Source: an uncultured Gammaproteobacteria bacterium
Lineage (GTDB): Bacteria > Pseudomonadota > Gammaproteobacteria > SZUA-229
Length of the DNA: 64,000 nucleotides
Direction of reading: 5' to 3'
NCBI GenBank assembly: GCA_963759005.1
Contig: CAVWXQ010000014.1
Coordinates: 23,655-87,654 of the forward strand
Shown here: positions 11,501 through 20,801 of the stretch, one piece after another
Numbering within the stretch: the stretch's first letter is position 1
Layout of the letters: each line of letters begins with the position of its first letter
The notes under the pieces: generated by a model
Told to the model about the DNA's origin: nothing
What the model saw: the letters and a program-made list of their open reading frames with translations, nothing else
Database searches by the model: none
Program-made: the position numbers and the translations under genes

Positions 11501-12069
11501 CCGCAGTTGCGCTGTCCGGCGTCAGTCGGGCCAATGTTCGCGCCGGGGTTGTTACCGACCATGCTGCCGTCGTCGGCGATGTCATCGACCAGCTTCGGTG
11601 CCCGAGGCGTGGAAGCCGGCGCAGCGGCCCGCGACCTGGTCGTTGTTGATCAGCTGGTCCTGCTGCGCATTGTTCGGATTGGCGACCGGCGCCAGCAGGT
11701 TGGTGAAGTTGACCGTCAGGCAGCTGCCCGCGACCGAACGCACCACCAGCGGACGGGGCCGCTTGTCGGGGCGCAGCTCGACGTTGCCTGCGGTACAGGC
11801 TGCCCTGCGAACAGGGCACGCCGCGTCGGTCCCGTCGATGACATCGCGCTCGAGCGCGTAGGTGATCCAGTTCGGGTTCTGCGCACCGAGGCGGTTGAAC
11901 ACCGTCGGGTTGTCCAGCACCACCACGTTGGCGGTTATGGTATTGCTGTACAGCTAACCGCTGCCTGCGCACCCGGCACAAACAGCATGGACAGCATTAC
12001 CATGCATAATATAACAACAGCGAGCAAAATATTATTGTTCGCCATTGGACTGGTGGCTTGAGTTTTCAT
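5571..12069 (-). pseudogene. giant multicopper oxidase (MnxG/MofA-like), about 2160 codons, at least 12 frameshifts
   Basis: ATG at 12067-12069 with RBS ggagag and signal peptide MKTQATSPMANNNILLAVVILCMVMLSMLFVPGAQA. Cupredoxin-like pieces are spread over three frames, including FHCHFYPHFAQGMWYH (T1 Cu site), IFHLHNHQW, IGQHIHLPKWD and HGMKW. Confidence 0.7.
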
Positions 12070-12117
12070 TATAGCTCTCCTATTTCTTTTTGGAGCAACG
12101 GATTCTGTCTAAACCTG

Positions 12118-12154
12118 TTGACCCACATTTGTGTTGACCATTTGACAATGACCG
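12118..12154. promoter_or_regulatory. TTGACC/TTGACA direct repeats in AT-rich region upstream of the oxidase gene
   Basis: ttgaccN10ttgaccN2ttgacaN2tgacc within a 290-bp 35%-GC island between GC-rich genes. Confidence 0.25.
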
Positions 12155-12401
12155 GTGAACTTGTTTCAGCTGAATTTGCCGTTTTCGAGTACTAAAAAAC
12201 AACGGAAATGTCGCAAGTCCAACATTTAGACCAAGTATAAACATATCGAATGTGAGCAAATTTGGTAACCGACTATAGGTACTGTTTGTACCTGATAAAA
12301 AGTCCAGTTTTAAGCAGTACTTTAGTACAGTAAGCTAGCCACAATGGGGGATGCGGGCATGGCAGGGTTTTATTTTACAGGCAAAAAAACCCGACTATAA
12401 T

Positions 12402-13121
12402 CTACTCACTTACCGAGGTGGTGCTGAACAAATAGCCAAGCCAGGGTATATCCATCAACAGCGGGATACCCGCCCTGCCCTCGTTGCGAGTTTCGAGGAT
12501 CAGGCCACCGAGCACCACAGTCGCACCGCTCTGCACCACGACACTGCTGCTGATGCTGCGCTGTGAAATCGCCACATTGCCGCCGCCGCCGACAGCCGGC
12601 TCTGAACCGGGAAGGCTGACTTCCTGGCTGATTTCCATGGTGACCTGGCCGCCGGCGTTGATGCGCGGAGTGACGGACAACAAGGTGCCGGTGTCACGAA
12701 ACTGCACCTCAGAGACCACCGGGGCATCCGGGTTTGTGGTACTCTGGGAACTGCGCACGGTGACCGGTATCTGGTCACCCACGCGGATATTCGCGGTATG
12801 GTTGTCCAGCACCATGATCTGCGGCGCCGAGAGGAATTTGACATCGGTCTTACTGGCCAGCAGGTCAATAAACATCCTGGCATCATTGCTGCTCGAAAAC
12901 GTGGCCAGTGTCAGGCCATCACCACCAGCAGCGGTGGGCACCGGTGCGTTGAAGCCCAGACTGGTGTTGCCGCCGGAGAGGAACCAGCGCACGCCGTAAT
13001 CCAGCGCATTGGAAAGGGTCACCTCGGCGATGGTGGCCTCGATCAGCACCTGGCGAGGCTGCTCATCGAGCTGTTTAATGACGGCTTCGATGCCACGGTA
13101 ATCCCTGGGACTGGCCAGCAA
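12402..13121 (-). pseudogene. secretin (GspD/PilQ family) C-terminal domain fragment
   Basis: VLIEATIAEV, SAPQIMVLDNHTANIRVGDQIPV and IPLLMDIPWLGYLF match secretin C-domain motifs. Frame closed by tag/tga immediately upstream, so the N-terminal two-thirds are absent. Confidence 0.75.
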
Positions 13122-13127
13122 TCGTCA

Positions 13128-13476
13128 CTACCTGAAAACGACCAGCGAAGCGCTGGCCGCCGCCAGCCTGCAAGGTATCGTCAAGAAAATCGCGGCATCG
13201 ACAGGCATGGAAGTGCTAAGCACCCAGATCCTGCCTGCAGGCGAGCAAGAGGGTTTCAAGCGTGTCACCCTGAAGGTTCGTATGCGCGGCGTGCTGGAAA
13301 ACACAGTAAAGGCATTCCACGCCATGGAGACCGGCCAGCCGTATCTGTTTCTGGACAATGTCTCAATCCGCGGCCTTGCCCGGCGTACAGGCAACTATGG
13401 CAAAGGCAAAGTCAACTATGATCAAATGCTGAATGTGGATTTTGATCTCATCGGCTACATGCAGCAGCAATCATGA
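13128..13476 (+). pseudogene. PilO/GspM-like C-terminal fragment
   Basis: Open frame ...LQGIVKKIAASTGMEVLSTQILPAGEQEGFKRVTLKVRMRG...YLFLDNVSIRG with no N-terminal TM part. Abuts the inverted secretin fragment. Confidence 0.35.
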
Positions 13477-13530
13477 AAATGTTCTCTGATAGGAAATTAC
13501 CTCACTCCCTACCTGCTAACCACCTGCGCG

Positions 13531-13947
13531 TTGTCGGCTGGTGTACTGGCAATCGAGAGCGGTAACCTGATCGAGACACAAGGCCATGCCTCGCCCGAAA
13601 CACAGCCTGCTGTCGATCCGATTGAGCAGGCAAAATTCACTGCATCAGGGATTGCCGCATTCAGCGAAATCACCGAACGACCGTTGTTCAGGGAAGGTCG
13701 TGAGCCACCGAGCGAACCCACAGCCACACCCGTGGCAGCCAGGCCGTCACCACTACGCCTGAAGCTGGAAGGCGTGGCCATTACACCTGGATCAAAAATT
13801 GCCATACTGCGCGATCTCAGCAACAACAAGATGCTGCATCTCGAAACTGGCATGAAACACCAGGGCTGGGAACTCACCTCTGTTACCGACACCGTCGCCA
13901 CATTCAAGCTTGGCGAACAGAGCCAGGAACTGACGCTAAAAAAATAG
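13531..13947 (+). CDS. PilP / GspC-HR-like pilus/secretion assembly protein
   Basis: ITERPLF motif followed by a beta-rich C-terminus ...LEGVAITPGSKIAILRD...LTSVTDTVATFKL. Confidence 0.4.
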   Translation: MSAGVLAIESGNLIETQGHASPETQPAVDPIEQAKFTASGIAAFSEITERPLFREGREPPSEPTATPVAARPSPLRLKLEGVAITPGSKIAILRDLSNNKMLHLETGMKHQGWELTSVTDTVATFKLGEQSQELTLKK

Positions 13948-14013
13948 GCAAGAATACCCGTAGCAAATAACAGGTGACAACATCAGTTATCTATGCACAA
14001 TTGATAGATACAG

Positions 14014-14263
14014 CACATCAAGCCCGGATATTTCATAGGAACGCTGCTAATCTTGCTTAACATTATGATTATTATAAGAAATAGCAGTATATTAGAGAAG
14101 TACACTATGTACCTGACAACGCTATGCAGTTTTTGGAAAAATATCAGCGGCCATTTTGTACGATACCCCTGTAACCATAGCTACGGCTATGCTTTTCGGC
14201 GAATAGTACAAACTGACTCACTGATATTTCCCCAAAATTCTGCATTCCTATGAAATATCCGGG
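14014..14263 (+). mobile_element. MITE copy 1 (about 250 bp, 19-bp TIR CCCGGATATTTCATAGGAA)
   Basis: Perfect terminal inverted repeats. Near-identical copies at 21903, 33239 and 40022. Confidence 0.7.
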
Positions 14264-14289
14264 CTAGCACAATCGAAGCAATGCGCCAG

Positions 14290-14660
14290 GCATGATAACG
14301 AAGTGTCAATTTTTTGACACACGTAATGTCATACTTATTACTCAAAAATATAAAGCTATCCGACTATCAACAATGTATATTTCCTGTCTTTATGACGAAT
14401 TGTTTTACACATTACGTATAAACGATATACTTATATTGCTTTTCCTATTGATAATTATAATATATTTATATCTAGCACATATATTGCCTATTTTTCATAT
14501 GCATCAGGCATGACAAAGAGCGCCAGCTTTGACATACAAAGTGCCAGATATGGCATACGAATGTCATGTTTAGTATACAAAAATATACTTAATATTGTTT
14601 ATACTATTGATAATTATAATATATTTATATCTGGCACATATATTGCTTTTATTTAGAAGC
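14290..14660. repeat. degenerate tandem duplication (about 160-230 bp units) in AT-rich region
   Basis: tattgataattataatatatttatatctRgcacatatattgc at 14447 and 14607, and gcatgaYaa...gtcat... at 14292 and 14512. Confidence 0.4.
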
Positions 14661-14745
14661 AAATACCCTTAATAAGCTTACAAATAAAGTTTTTTTTGTT
14701 AACTTTTTTCCAGTATGCATACTGGAACCAATCGATGAAAGTTGA

Positions 14746-15408
14746 ATGGCGCCCAAAAAAAAGGAGTTATCGATGTCTAAAACTATCCACGTTGCGATTT
14801 GTGATTATTGCTCTACAATTCGATACGGAATTCAGCATATTTTAAACAGGGATGCCAATATCAGCCTGGTTGCTGAAGCAAGCTCACCCAAAGAAATACT
14901 CACCAAATTTACCAGCCTTGATCTGGATGTCATCCTGATTGATCCTGGTGAAAACAGACAGACAGGGTTCGATTGTTTACGTAAATTTCGTGAATTAAAG
15001 CCCAATACCAAAACCATCCTCTTTACCAGTAGTTATAGCGATAAAAATCTGATAGTAGAAGCCATTCAAACAGGCGTTCAAGGTTACCTGCTCAAACAAG
15101 CTGAAAGTGAGGAAATCATAAATGCCATTTATGCTGTCGATCAGGGTGACACGATCCTGGCACCCAGTGTAACAACAATATTATTAGAATATATGCAACA
15201 TAAACAACACCAACTGCAAGCAAACCTAAGTAATCGTGAGCAAGAAGTTCTGGACCAGATAGCCCAGGGCAAAACCAATGGCGACATAGCGAATGCACTA
15301 TTCATCAGTATACGTACTGTTAAATTTCATGTCAGCTCTATTTTGGCAAAATTGAATCTAAAAAATCGAACCGAAGCTGCTTTATGGGGCAATAAGTCCC
15401 CCTGTTAA
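14746..15408 (+). CDS. NarL/FixJ (LuxR-type) response regulator, atypical receiver acid pocket
   Basis: REC domain plus C-terminal HTH LSNREQEVL...IRTVKFHVSSIL. The receiver N-terminus reads DYCS where DD is expected. Confidence 0.75.
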   Translation: MAPKKKELSMSKTIHVAICDYCSTIRYGIQHILNRDANISLVAEASSPKEILTKFTSLDLDVILIDPGENRQTGFDCLRKFRELKPNTKTILFTSSYSDKNLIVEAIQTGVQGYLLKQAESEEIINAIYAVDQGDTILAPSVTTILLEYMQHKQHQLQANLSNREQEVLDQIAQGKTNGDIANALFISIRTVKFHVSSILAKLNLKNRTEAALWGNKSPC

Positions 15409-15608
15409 GTAAATAGTTTACAGGCTGGTACAACAACGGTTAAGCGCAAACTCAAGCGTATAACTTAAATTCCATTACCCGCATAAAAAAGCAGCCAATG
15501 ACTCAGATGCACTTCAGGAAGCCAGTGACGACTATCACATTCATCAACAGAAGCCACTATAAAAGTCTGGATTGTTTTTATGGGTGTCTTTGTTTGTCTT
15601 GTTTATTA

Positions 15609-18600
15609 TTACACGGAAGCTGGGATGATAATCCCGCGTTGGGCCTCAACATCGCTTCCCGGCTCTCGGGCATTCGCCTCACTACGCCATAGCCGTTCCT
15701 GATCGAAGTCCTTCAAGATCCAAAGCAACCAGGCATGATTTCGTTGCCGGGTGGACATGGGTTTGGCGCCCAGCCAAACGGTAACCGGAAATACCAGCCA
15801 TGTGGCAAGCAGAGCGATGAGTAAAATGCTGATTGATGCTTCAAGCGACCATAGTGCCAGGCTAAAAGCCAGGGCTATGGCGGTATAGCCCCAGGTTTTT
15901 TTGAGCGCAGCCATGAATGAAACATGCTGCGTTTCCCTTTCGACCTCCGCCTGGACCTTCCATGTAGCTTGACCAATGAGTAAGCTTTTCACTGCGAGCC
16001 ATAGGCGAAGCGGGCTGTAGAGAACATCAGGCATATAAACAAAAGGCGTTGTAAGTATCTCGAGCCAGGCAGCGATGAATCCCCGCAAGGCCGAATTGAT
16101 ATTTCCAAGCGCCTCGGTACGTTGGCGCAAGAATGAGAGCCTGACCCCCGCTATAAAATTGAGTGATGGCTTATACATTTTAGGAAGCAGCACCAGACCC
16201 AGGATAATAAAATAGAAGTGAACTTTCATGAGCACCGGGTTTGTGTGAATCAAAATCGACTGGCCAAATGTTTCAATGAAAATCCATAGAAAGAAGAGCG
16301 GTGCTCGAAACAGCGCACGTGATGAAAAATGGGCGATATAGTGTGCAGTGTACGGAACAGCCGGCACTTTAATACTGTAGGATAAATTGTCGCTGTGGCT
16401 GTTACCGAAAAGCTTTTTAGCAAGTACGAAAGCGCGACCAATCCATTTTGGCGATAACAATACAGCATTCATCAGGTCACCCTGGGTCCAGCGAGTGAGC
16501 TGCGCCTGACGATTGAACGCGTTAGATGGCACACCTTCGTAGAAAAATACCTGCGGCACATAGGCCGGATTTAGATACAGTGCTTCAATCGTGTCATGGC
16601 TGAGAATATCAAGAGGCAAGGTTTCCCTGGGCGCTTGAGGTGTGCCAATAAACTGTTCAATGAATACGTCATTGTCTGCAAGTCCTTTGCCATAGTGACC
16701 GAATCGACCAAAAGCACGGAACTGTGCTTCCGGCATCTTAGACACGGTATGATGAGACAAAATTTCACGAAAAGCATGCCAGGTATCCATATTGGAAACA
16801 AGCACACCCGACTGGAAGAATCCCCGTTCGGGATTGGCGGCGGCGATCTCAATCAGTGTTCGTATGGCATCGGCGGGAACGCGATTGTCTGCGTCAAGCA
16901 GCACAGTGTAGCGGTAGCTGATATCCTCGTCTGTTCCGTAGGTCTGCCCTGCTTGCTTCAGATCGATTATATCCTGCAACCCACGCGCCTCCAACGCATG
17001 TGTCATTTTCTCGAACTCGTGTTTTAACAACGCTTGATCATTTTCAAGGTTCGAACAAAAACCGAATACTGGCAACTCAGCTGAGCGACCGCGATTGCCA
17101 TATTTTTCTTCGAGATAGGTAAATGGTCGGTCAATTCCTCGTGAACCGAGAAGCATTAAATCCTGGTACTGCCCGGCTTTTTTCAGCGTTGTGGACGTGC
17201 GATGAATATATTTAAAGCCCCGCACAACGCGCTCCACCGAGATCTCGATCGCCTTTTCCAGTTTTTCTCCCGAATAACCCTGTTGTTGCCAACGACTAAA
17301 AAGTCCGCACCAGAAATCCGCACGCAGACAATCGTTGTTTAATTTCATTGCTTCCATATGGCTAATCTTGTGAATTTCCGCCTCTGCAAGCAAGGTGCTG
17401 CGGATCCGCTCACGGTAGTTATCACGCAGGTCCATTTCGTGCTGAACGACAGACAAGGAAGTGGATGCGCTAACTAGTACTGCCGTCAGGTTCCCGTTAA
17501 TGTCCAGATTATCCAGGTAAGAGCGGTACATATTGTCAAAGGCTTCATCACACTCCCGAGCATGATTAGAGCGCAACATGTATGCAACAGTCGTTCTGTG
17601 ACTTGTTGGAATACCATCGGGCATGTCCACACGTCGACACTGAAGAGGCCCTTTTAACAACCGGAACCCGATTAAAAACAATAGCTGGGTAATCACATCC
17701 GCCACCCCCCATATAAGGTAGCCGATAGCGAAAGTTACAAAACCAGCAATGAACACATTTGAAAACGTCCAGTCGATCGTCAATGCATAAAGAACTGTCA
17801 AGCTGATAGTGATGAGTCCTACACACAAAAAATACAGATAGGCTGATATCGGCATTTTTGTTTGAGCTTTACCCGGCTGCTGGGTTGACGATGGCTGGGT
17901 TGACGATGGCTTGCTTTGGAATGCCGCGCCCCGCCCGACCCCTGTTCGACGGCGTAGACCGTCATAAAGGCCAGCCCAGATAGCCCTGAAACCCTGCCAA
18001 TTCATAGAACTAAGCGTCCACAGAGAATACAGGCAGATGTGTCGTCCCAATTTGACGAATTGAACGGGTCGGAGACGCGCAGGACAGGAATACAATGTCA
18101 TCATCAGCACCATATTGCGCAACAGATAGTAGATTCGCAAAGGCGACAATATACCCTGCTCCGAACCACCGAGGCTCTGGTGGCAGTCATGTAACACTTT
18201 ACCTTCAACAGGTACCAATTTAACTTCATAGCCCTTACGTCGAACACGCTGAAACCACTCAACATCCTCGTAGCCGAAGAACAGCCGCTCATCAAAATAG
18301 CCAAGCTCAATGAAGGCCTCTGTCTTGATGAGTGCAGTGGCCGTGGCCACACCGTCCACTGATTTGTGATTGTTGTACATATCACGTAATCCCCAATCGG
18401 CTTCCATCTGTGCCGGGAACCTCCATCCGTCAGTCCACCAGCTTGTCCAAAGACGCTCCGGCTCCTGTGCGAAATGCAATAGAGGCGCAAACACCAACTC
18501 TTCGGGGCGTGATGTCTCGGCCCGCTGAACCAGATCCTCAATTACCTGTGGATCGACGGTGACATCATTATCCAGTGTCAGGATATATTTAGGTGGAGTT

Positions 18601-18956
18601 GCCTTACCTGATTCCAGTACATATTTCAGCGCCTGATTCCTGCCCTGGGCAGCACCTAGATTTTCCTGATTGAGGATCAGGTGAGACCGACTGAAATTCT
18701 TCAGCTCTTGCTGAATAATGGCCACAGAACCGTCTTTTGAGCCGTTATCAACAACGATGATTTCAACATCGAAACAACTGCAATGCACACGGCTTAAGGA
18801 CTGTAGGAGTCGTTGGATCTGGGATTTGGCATCAATGTTCAGAATTACAATGGCAATCCGTGGAGCACAGTCCGCATCATGTTGGGATGCCGCTGTTTGT
18901 GTAACTGCTGCTGGTTGATGGCTATTGGTCGATGAATCGAGCCTAAATGTTGTCAT
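15609..18956 (-). CDS. large fusion glycosyltransferase: N-terminal GT2 plus OpgH/cellulose-synthase-like processive GT2 with TM domains
   Basis: IVVDNGSKDGS and TLDNDV (GT2 N-terminus). VLLDADN and QAQLTRW (QxxRW). Multiple TM helices in the middle and at the C-terminus. Confidence 0.7.
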   Translation of the reverse strand: MTTFRLDSSTNSHQPAAVTQTAASQHDADCAPRIAIVILNIDAKSQIQRLLQSLSRVHCSCFDVEIIVVDNGSKDGSVAIIQQELKNFSRSHLILNQENLGAAQGRNQALKYVLESGKATPPKYILTLDNDVTVDPQVIEDLVQRAETSRPEELVFAPLLHFAQEPERLWTSWWTDGWRFPAQMEADWGLRDMYNNHKSVDGVATATALIKTEAFIELGYFDERLFFGYEDVEWFQRVRRKGYEVKLVPVEGKVLHDCHQSLGGSEQGILSPLRIYYLLRNMVLMMTLYSCPARLRPVQFVKLGRHICLYSLWTLSSMNWQGFRAIWAGLYDGLRRRTGVGRGAAFQSKPSSTQPSSTQQPGKAQTKMPISAYLYFLCVGLITISLTVLYALTIDWTFSNVFIAGFVTFAIGYLIWGVADVITQLLFLIGFRLLKGPLQCRRVDMPDGIPTSHRTTVAYMLRSNHARECDEAFDNMYRSYLDNLDINGNLTAVLVSASTSLSVVQHEMDLRDNYRERIRSTLLAEAEIHKISHMEAMKLNNDCLRADFWCGLFSRWQQQGYSGEKLEKAIEISVERVVRGFKYIHRTSTTLKKAGQYQDLMLLGSRGIDRPFTYLEEKYGNRGRSAELPVFGFCSNLENDQALLKHEFEKMTHALEARGLQDIIDLKQAGQTYGTDEDISYRYTVLLDADNRVPADAIRTLIEIAAANPERGFFQSGVLVSNMDTWHAFREILSHHTVSKMPEAQFRAFGRFGHYGKGLADNDVFIEQFIGTPQAPRETLPLDILSHDTIEALYLNPAYVPQVFFYEGVPSNAFNRQAQLTRWTQGDLMNAVLLSPKWIGRAFVLAKKLFGNSHSDNLSYSIKVPAVPYTAHYIAHFSSRALFRAPLFFLWIFIETFGQSILIHTNPVLMKVHFYFIILGLVLLPKMYKPSLNFIAGVRLSFLRQRTEALGNINSALRGFIAAWLEILTTPFVYMPDVLYSPLRLWLAVKSLLIGQATWKVQAEVERETQHVSFMAALKKTWGYTAIALAFSLALWSLEASISILLIALLATWLVFPVTVWLGAKPMSTRQRNHAWLLWILKDFDQERLWRSEANAREPGSDVEAQRGIIIPASV

Positions 18957-18968
18957 AGCCAGGAGCCC

Positions 18969-18998
18969 CTACGAAATTCGTAGTTTGAAGTACTTCAA
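18969..18998. promoter_or_regulatory. two adjacent perfect palindromes in 5' leader of the GT gene
   Basis: CTACGAAATTCGTAG (18969-18983) and TTGAAGTACTTCAA (18985-18998), 13-42 nt upstream of the start at 18956. Confidence 0.3.
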
Positions 18999-19340
18999 GT
19001 ATAAACCACTGCGTCAGGCGCTGGCAATTGTCTATCGTAGCATTGCTCTCAATACACCCTGTAATAACAATGACTTTTTCAGCCTGCTCCTTCCATCGAT
19101 ACAGCATATTATTGGCTATAGCCAGTGATTTTGCAGCCTAGCACTGAATAACCCTGTTCGCGCACCAGAGCTACCGCTTCTTCTTTTAATTTTCTAGAAT
19201 ATTGTTTGTATGTTCGTTTCTGTCCCATAATGACTAAAATCCGCACTTTGATTTAAAAATCAGCAGCATAGTTATATTTATCGATATTTTTTTGGTTAAA
19301 GTCTAAAATCATCCATATAAGTTAATAAATTGGTGACACA

Positions 19341-20729
19341 ATGACAATAAAACAGGCGCTTATTGTAGATGATTCCAAATCTGCACGTGTCGTGCTAGAA
19401 CGTATGCTTATAGAGCTTGCGCTTGATGTAGATTGTGTTGAGACTGCGGTTGATGCACTCGATTATTTGAAAGATCATCAACCTGATGTGATATTTATGG
19501 ATCACATGATGCCAGGCATGGACGGTTTTGAAGCGGTTAAGCATATAAAAACTAATCCGCATACAACTGCTATTCCTATCATGATGTACACCTCTAGAAG
19601 CGGTGAGGTATACCTTAGTCAGGCGCGTGCACTTGGCGCTGTTGGTATTATTCCCAAAACTATTTCTCCTGTTGGTCTAAAAGAATCTTTATTTAAATTA
19701 GGGTTAATTGATGACCGTCGAATCGAATCCGCACTGGTAGTTGATGAACCAATAGCAGGCAAAGCAGACGAACAGGTAATTAAAAAGCGTCCCTTAACAC
19801 AGCACAGTGACCAAGACACTTTTTTGGAAGAGCTTGAAAGATTGATGGATGACCAGACAGTCGAGTTACACAAAAGTATGTGGCTAGGTGTTGAGTCTGT
19901 TAGTCATGAAATATTCAACCGGCTAAATGGTGAACTTGAAAAACAACTTGAAAAGATGCAACCAGCGTCACCAGTACAAAACAAGATATTCTCGCCATTT
20001 TATTTTGTAGGCGCCTTACTTGTGCTATCGATTTTTTTTAATGTCAGATTACTTTCTGATAACTATCAACTTGAAAAAAACCTGGTAGCCACAAATATAA
20101 ATCACACCATTGCGCCTGATGAGAGCAGCGTAGAAGAAAACCTGGCTGACAAGCAAGATGTATTAAAGGAGTTTGTTTCCTGGGCGCATAATATGGTGCT
20201 CGAATATCCATTTGACGAACTGGCACTGAATGATAAGCGTTTACCCTTCATTGAGGAATTAGTTAAAAAAGCATTGGAAGCCGAATATAGCGGAAACATT
20301 ATTTTACAAACGCATGTTGGCAGATTCTGCATGAACAGAGATCCAATGGGCAACTTTATACTTGCAGACAATACATTATCAATTACACAGTGTGAATATA
20401 TAGGAAATGACCTGCAACCAAATGACGCACCTTCTGCTCATCAATCTTTGAGTTTTGCAAACTATCTTTCGGAAATAAATTCTCTGAACAAAAAAAGTGT
20501 AGAGGTTGACGTTGATAATGTCGCACGGTCATTCGAATTATCAAAATATCCTAAAGCTGTCCCGCAGACTACAGTAGAAGAGTGGAACCTGGCAGCACAA
20601 CTTAATAATCGCATTACCGTTAAGCTGGAGCCAGCACCGACTGAATCGGAGCTAAAGGCCGAATACCTATTGTGGACAAAAAAATTATCTTCGGACAAGC
20701 TTAAAAATGATGCTTCCGCCCCCCAATAA
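19341..20729 (+). CDS. CheY-like receiver domain protein with TM segment and uncharacterised C-terminal domain
   Basis: Canonical REC (IVDDS...IFMDHMMPGMDG...YTSRS...K). Hydrophobic segment FYFVGALLVLSIFF. About 230-aa C-terminus with no motif I recognise. Confidence 0.7.
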   Translation: MTIKQALIVDDSKSARVVLERMLIELALDVDCVETAVDALDYLKDHQPDVIFMDHMMPGMDGFEAVKHIKTNPHTTAIPIMMYTSRSGEVYLSQARALGAVGIIPKTISPVGLKESLFKLGLIDDRRIESALVVDEPIAGKADEQVIKKRPLTQHSDQDTFLEELERLMDDQTVELHKSMWLGVESVSHEIFNRLNGELEKQLEKMQPASPVQNKIFSPFYFVGALLVLSIFFNVRLLSDNYQLEKNLVATNINHTIAPDESSVEENLADKQDVLKEFVSWAHNMVLEYPFDELALNDKRLPFIEELVKKALEAEYSGNIILQTHVGRFCMNRDPMGNFILADNTLSITQCEYIGNDLQPNDAPSAHQSLSFANYLSEINSLNKKSVEVDVDNVARSFELSKYPKAVPQTTVEEWNLAAQLNNRITVKLEPAPTESELKAEYLLWTKKLSSDKLKNDASAPQ

Positions 20730-20801
20730 AATCACTTTTATTGCAGCAGAAGCTTAGATCTGTCACCTGGTCAGTCTGCTTTAAGGTAGCCGTCCCCCAT
20801 C

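Noticed and set aside
12798-13421. 207-aa plus-strand ORF spanning the secretin/PilO junction
   Set aside because: It is antisense to the secretin fragment, its composition is Arg/Gly-rich, and it crosses the rearrangement breakpoint. It is a chance ORF.
14053-14253. Small ORFs inside MITE copies (also 21950-22288 and 40052-40243) that are similar to each other
   Set aside because: The similarity comes from the repeated DNA. The frames differ between copies and are interrupted by the nested inserts in copy 2.
14447-14648. Possible CRISPR array from about 45-bp direct repeats
   Set aside because: There are only two copies, they sit in degenerate duplicated context with no unique spacers, and no cas genes are present.
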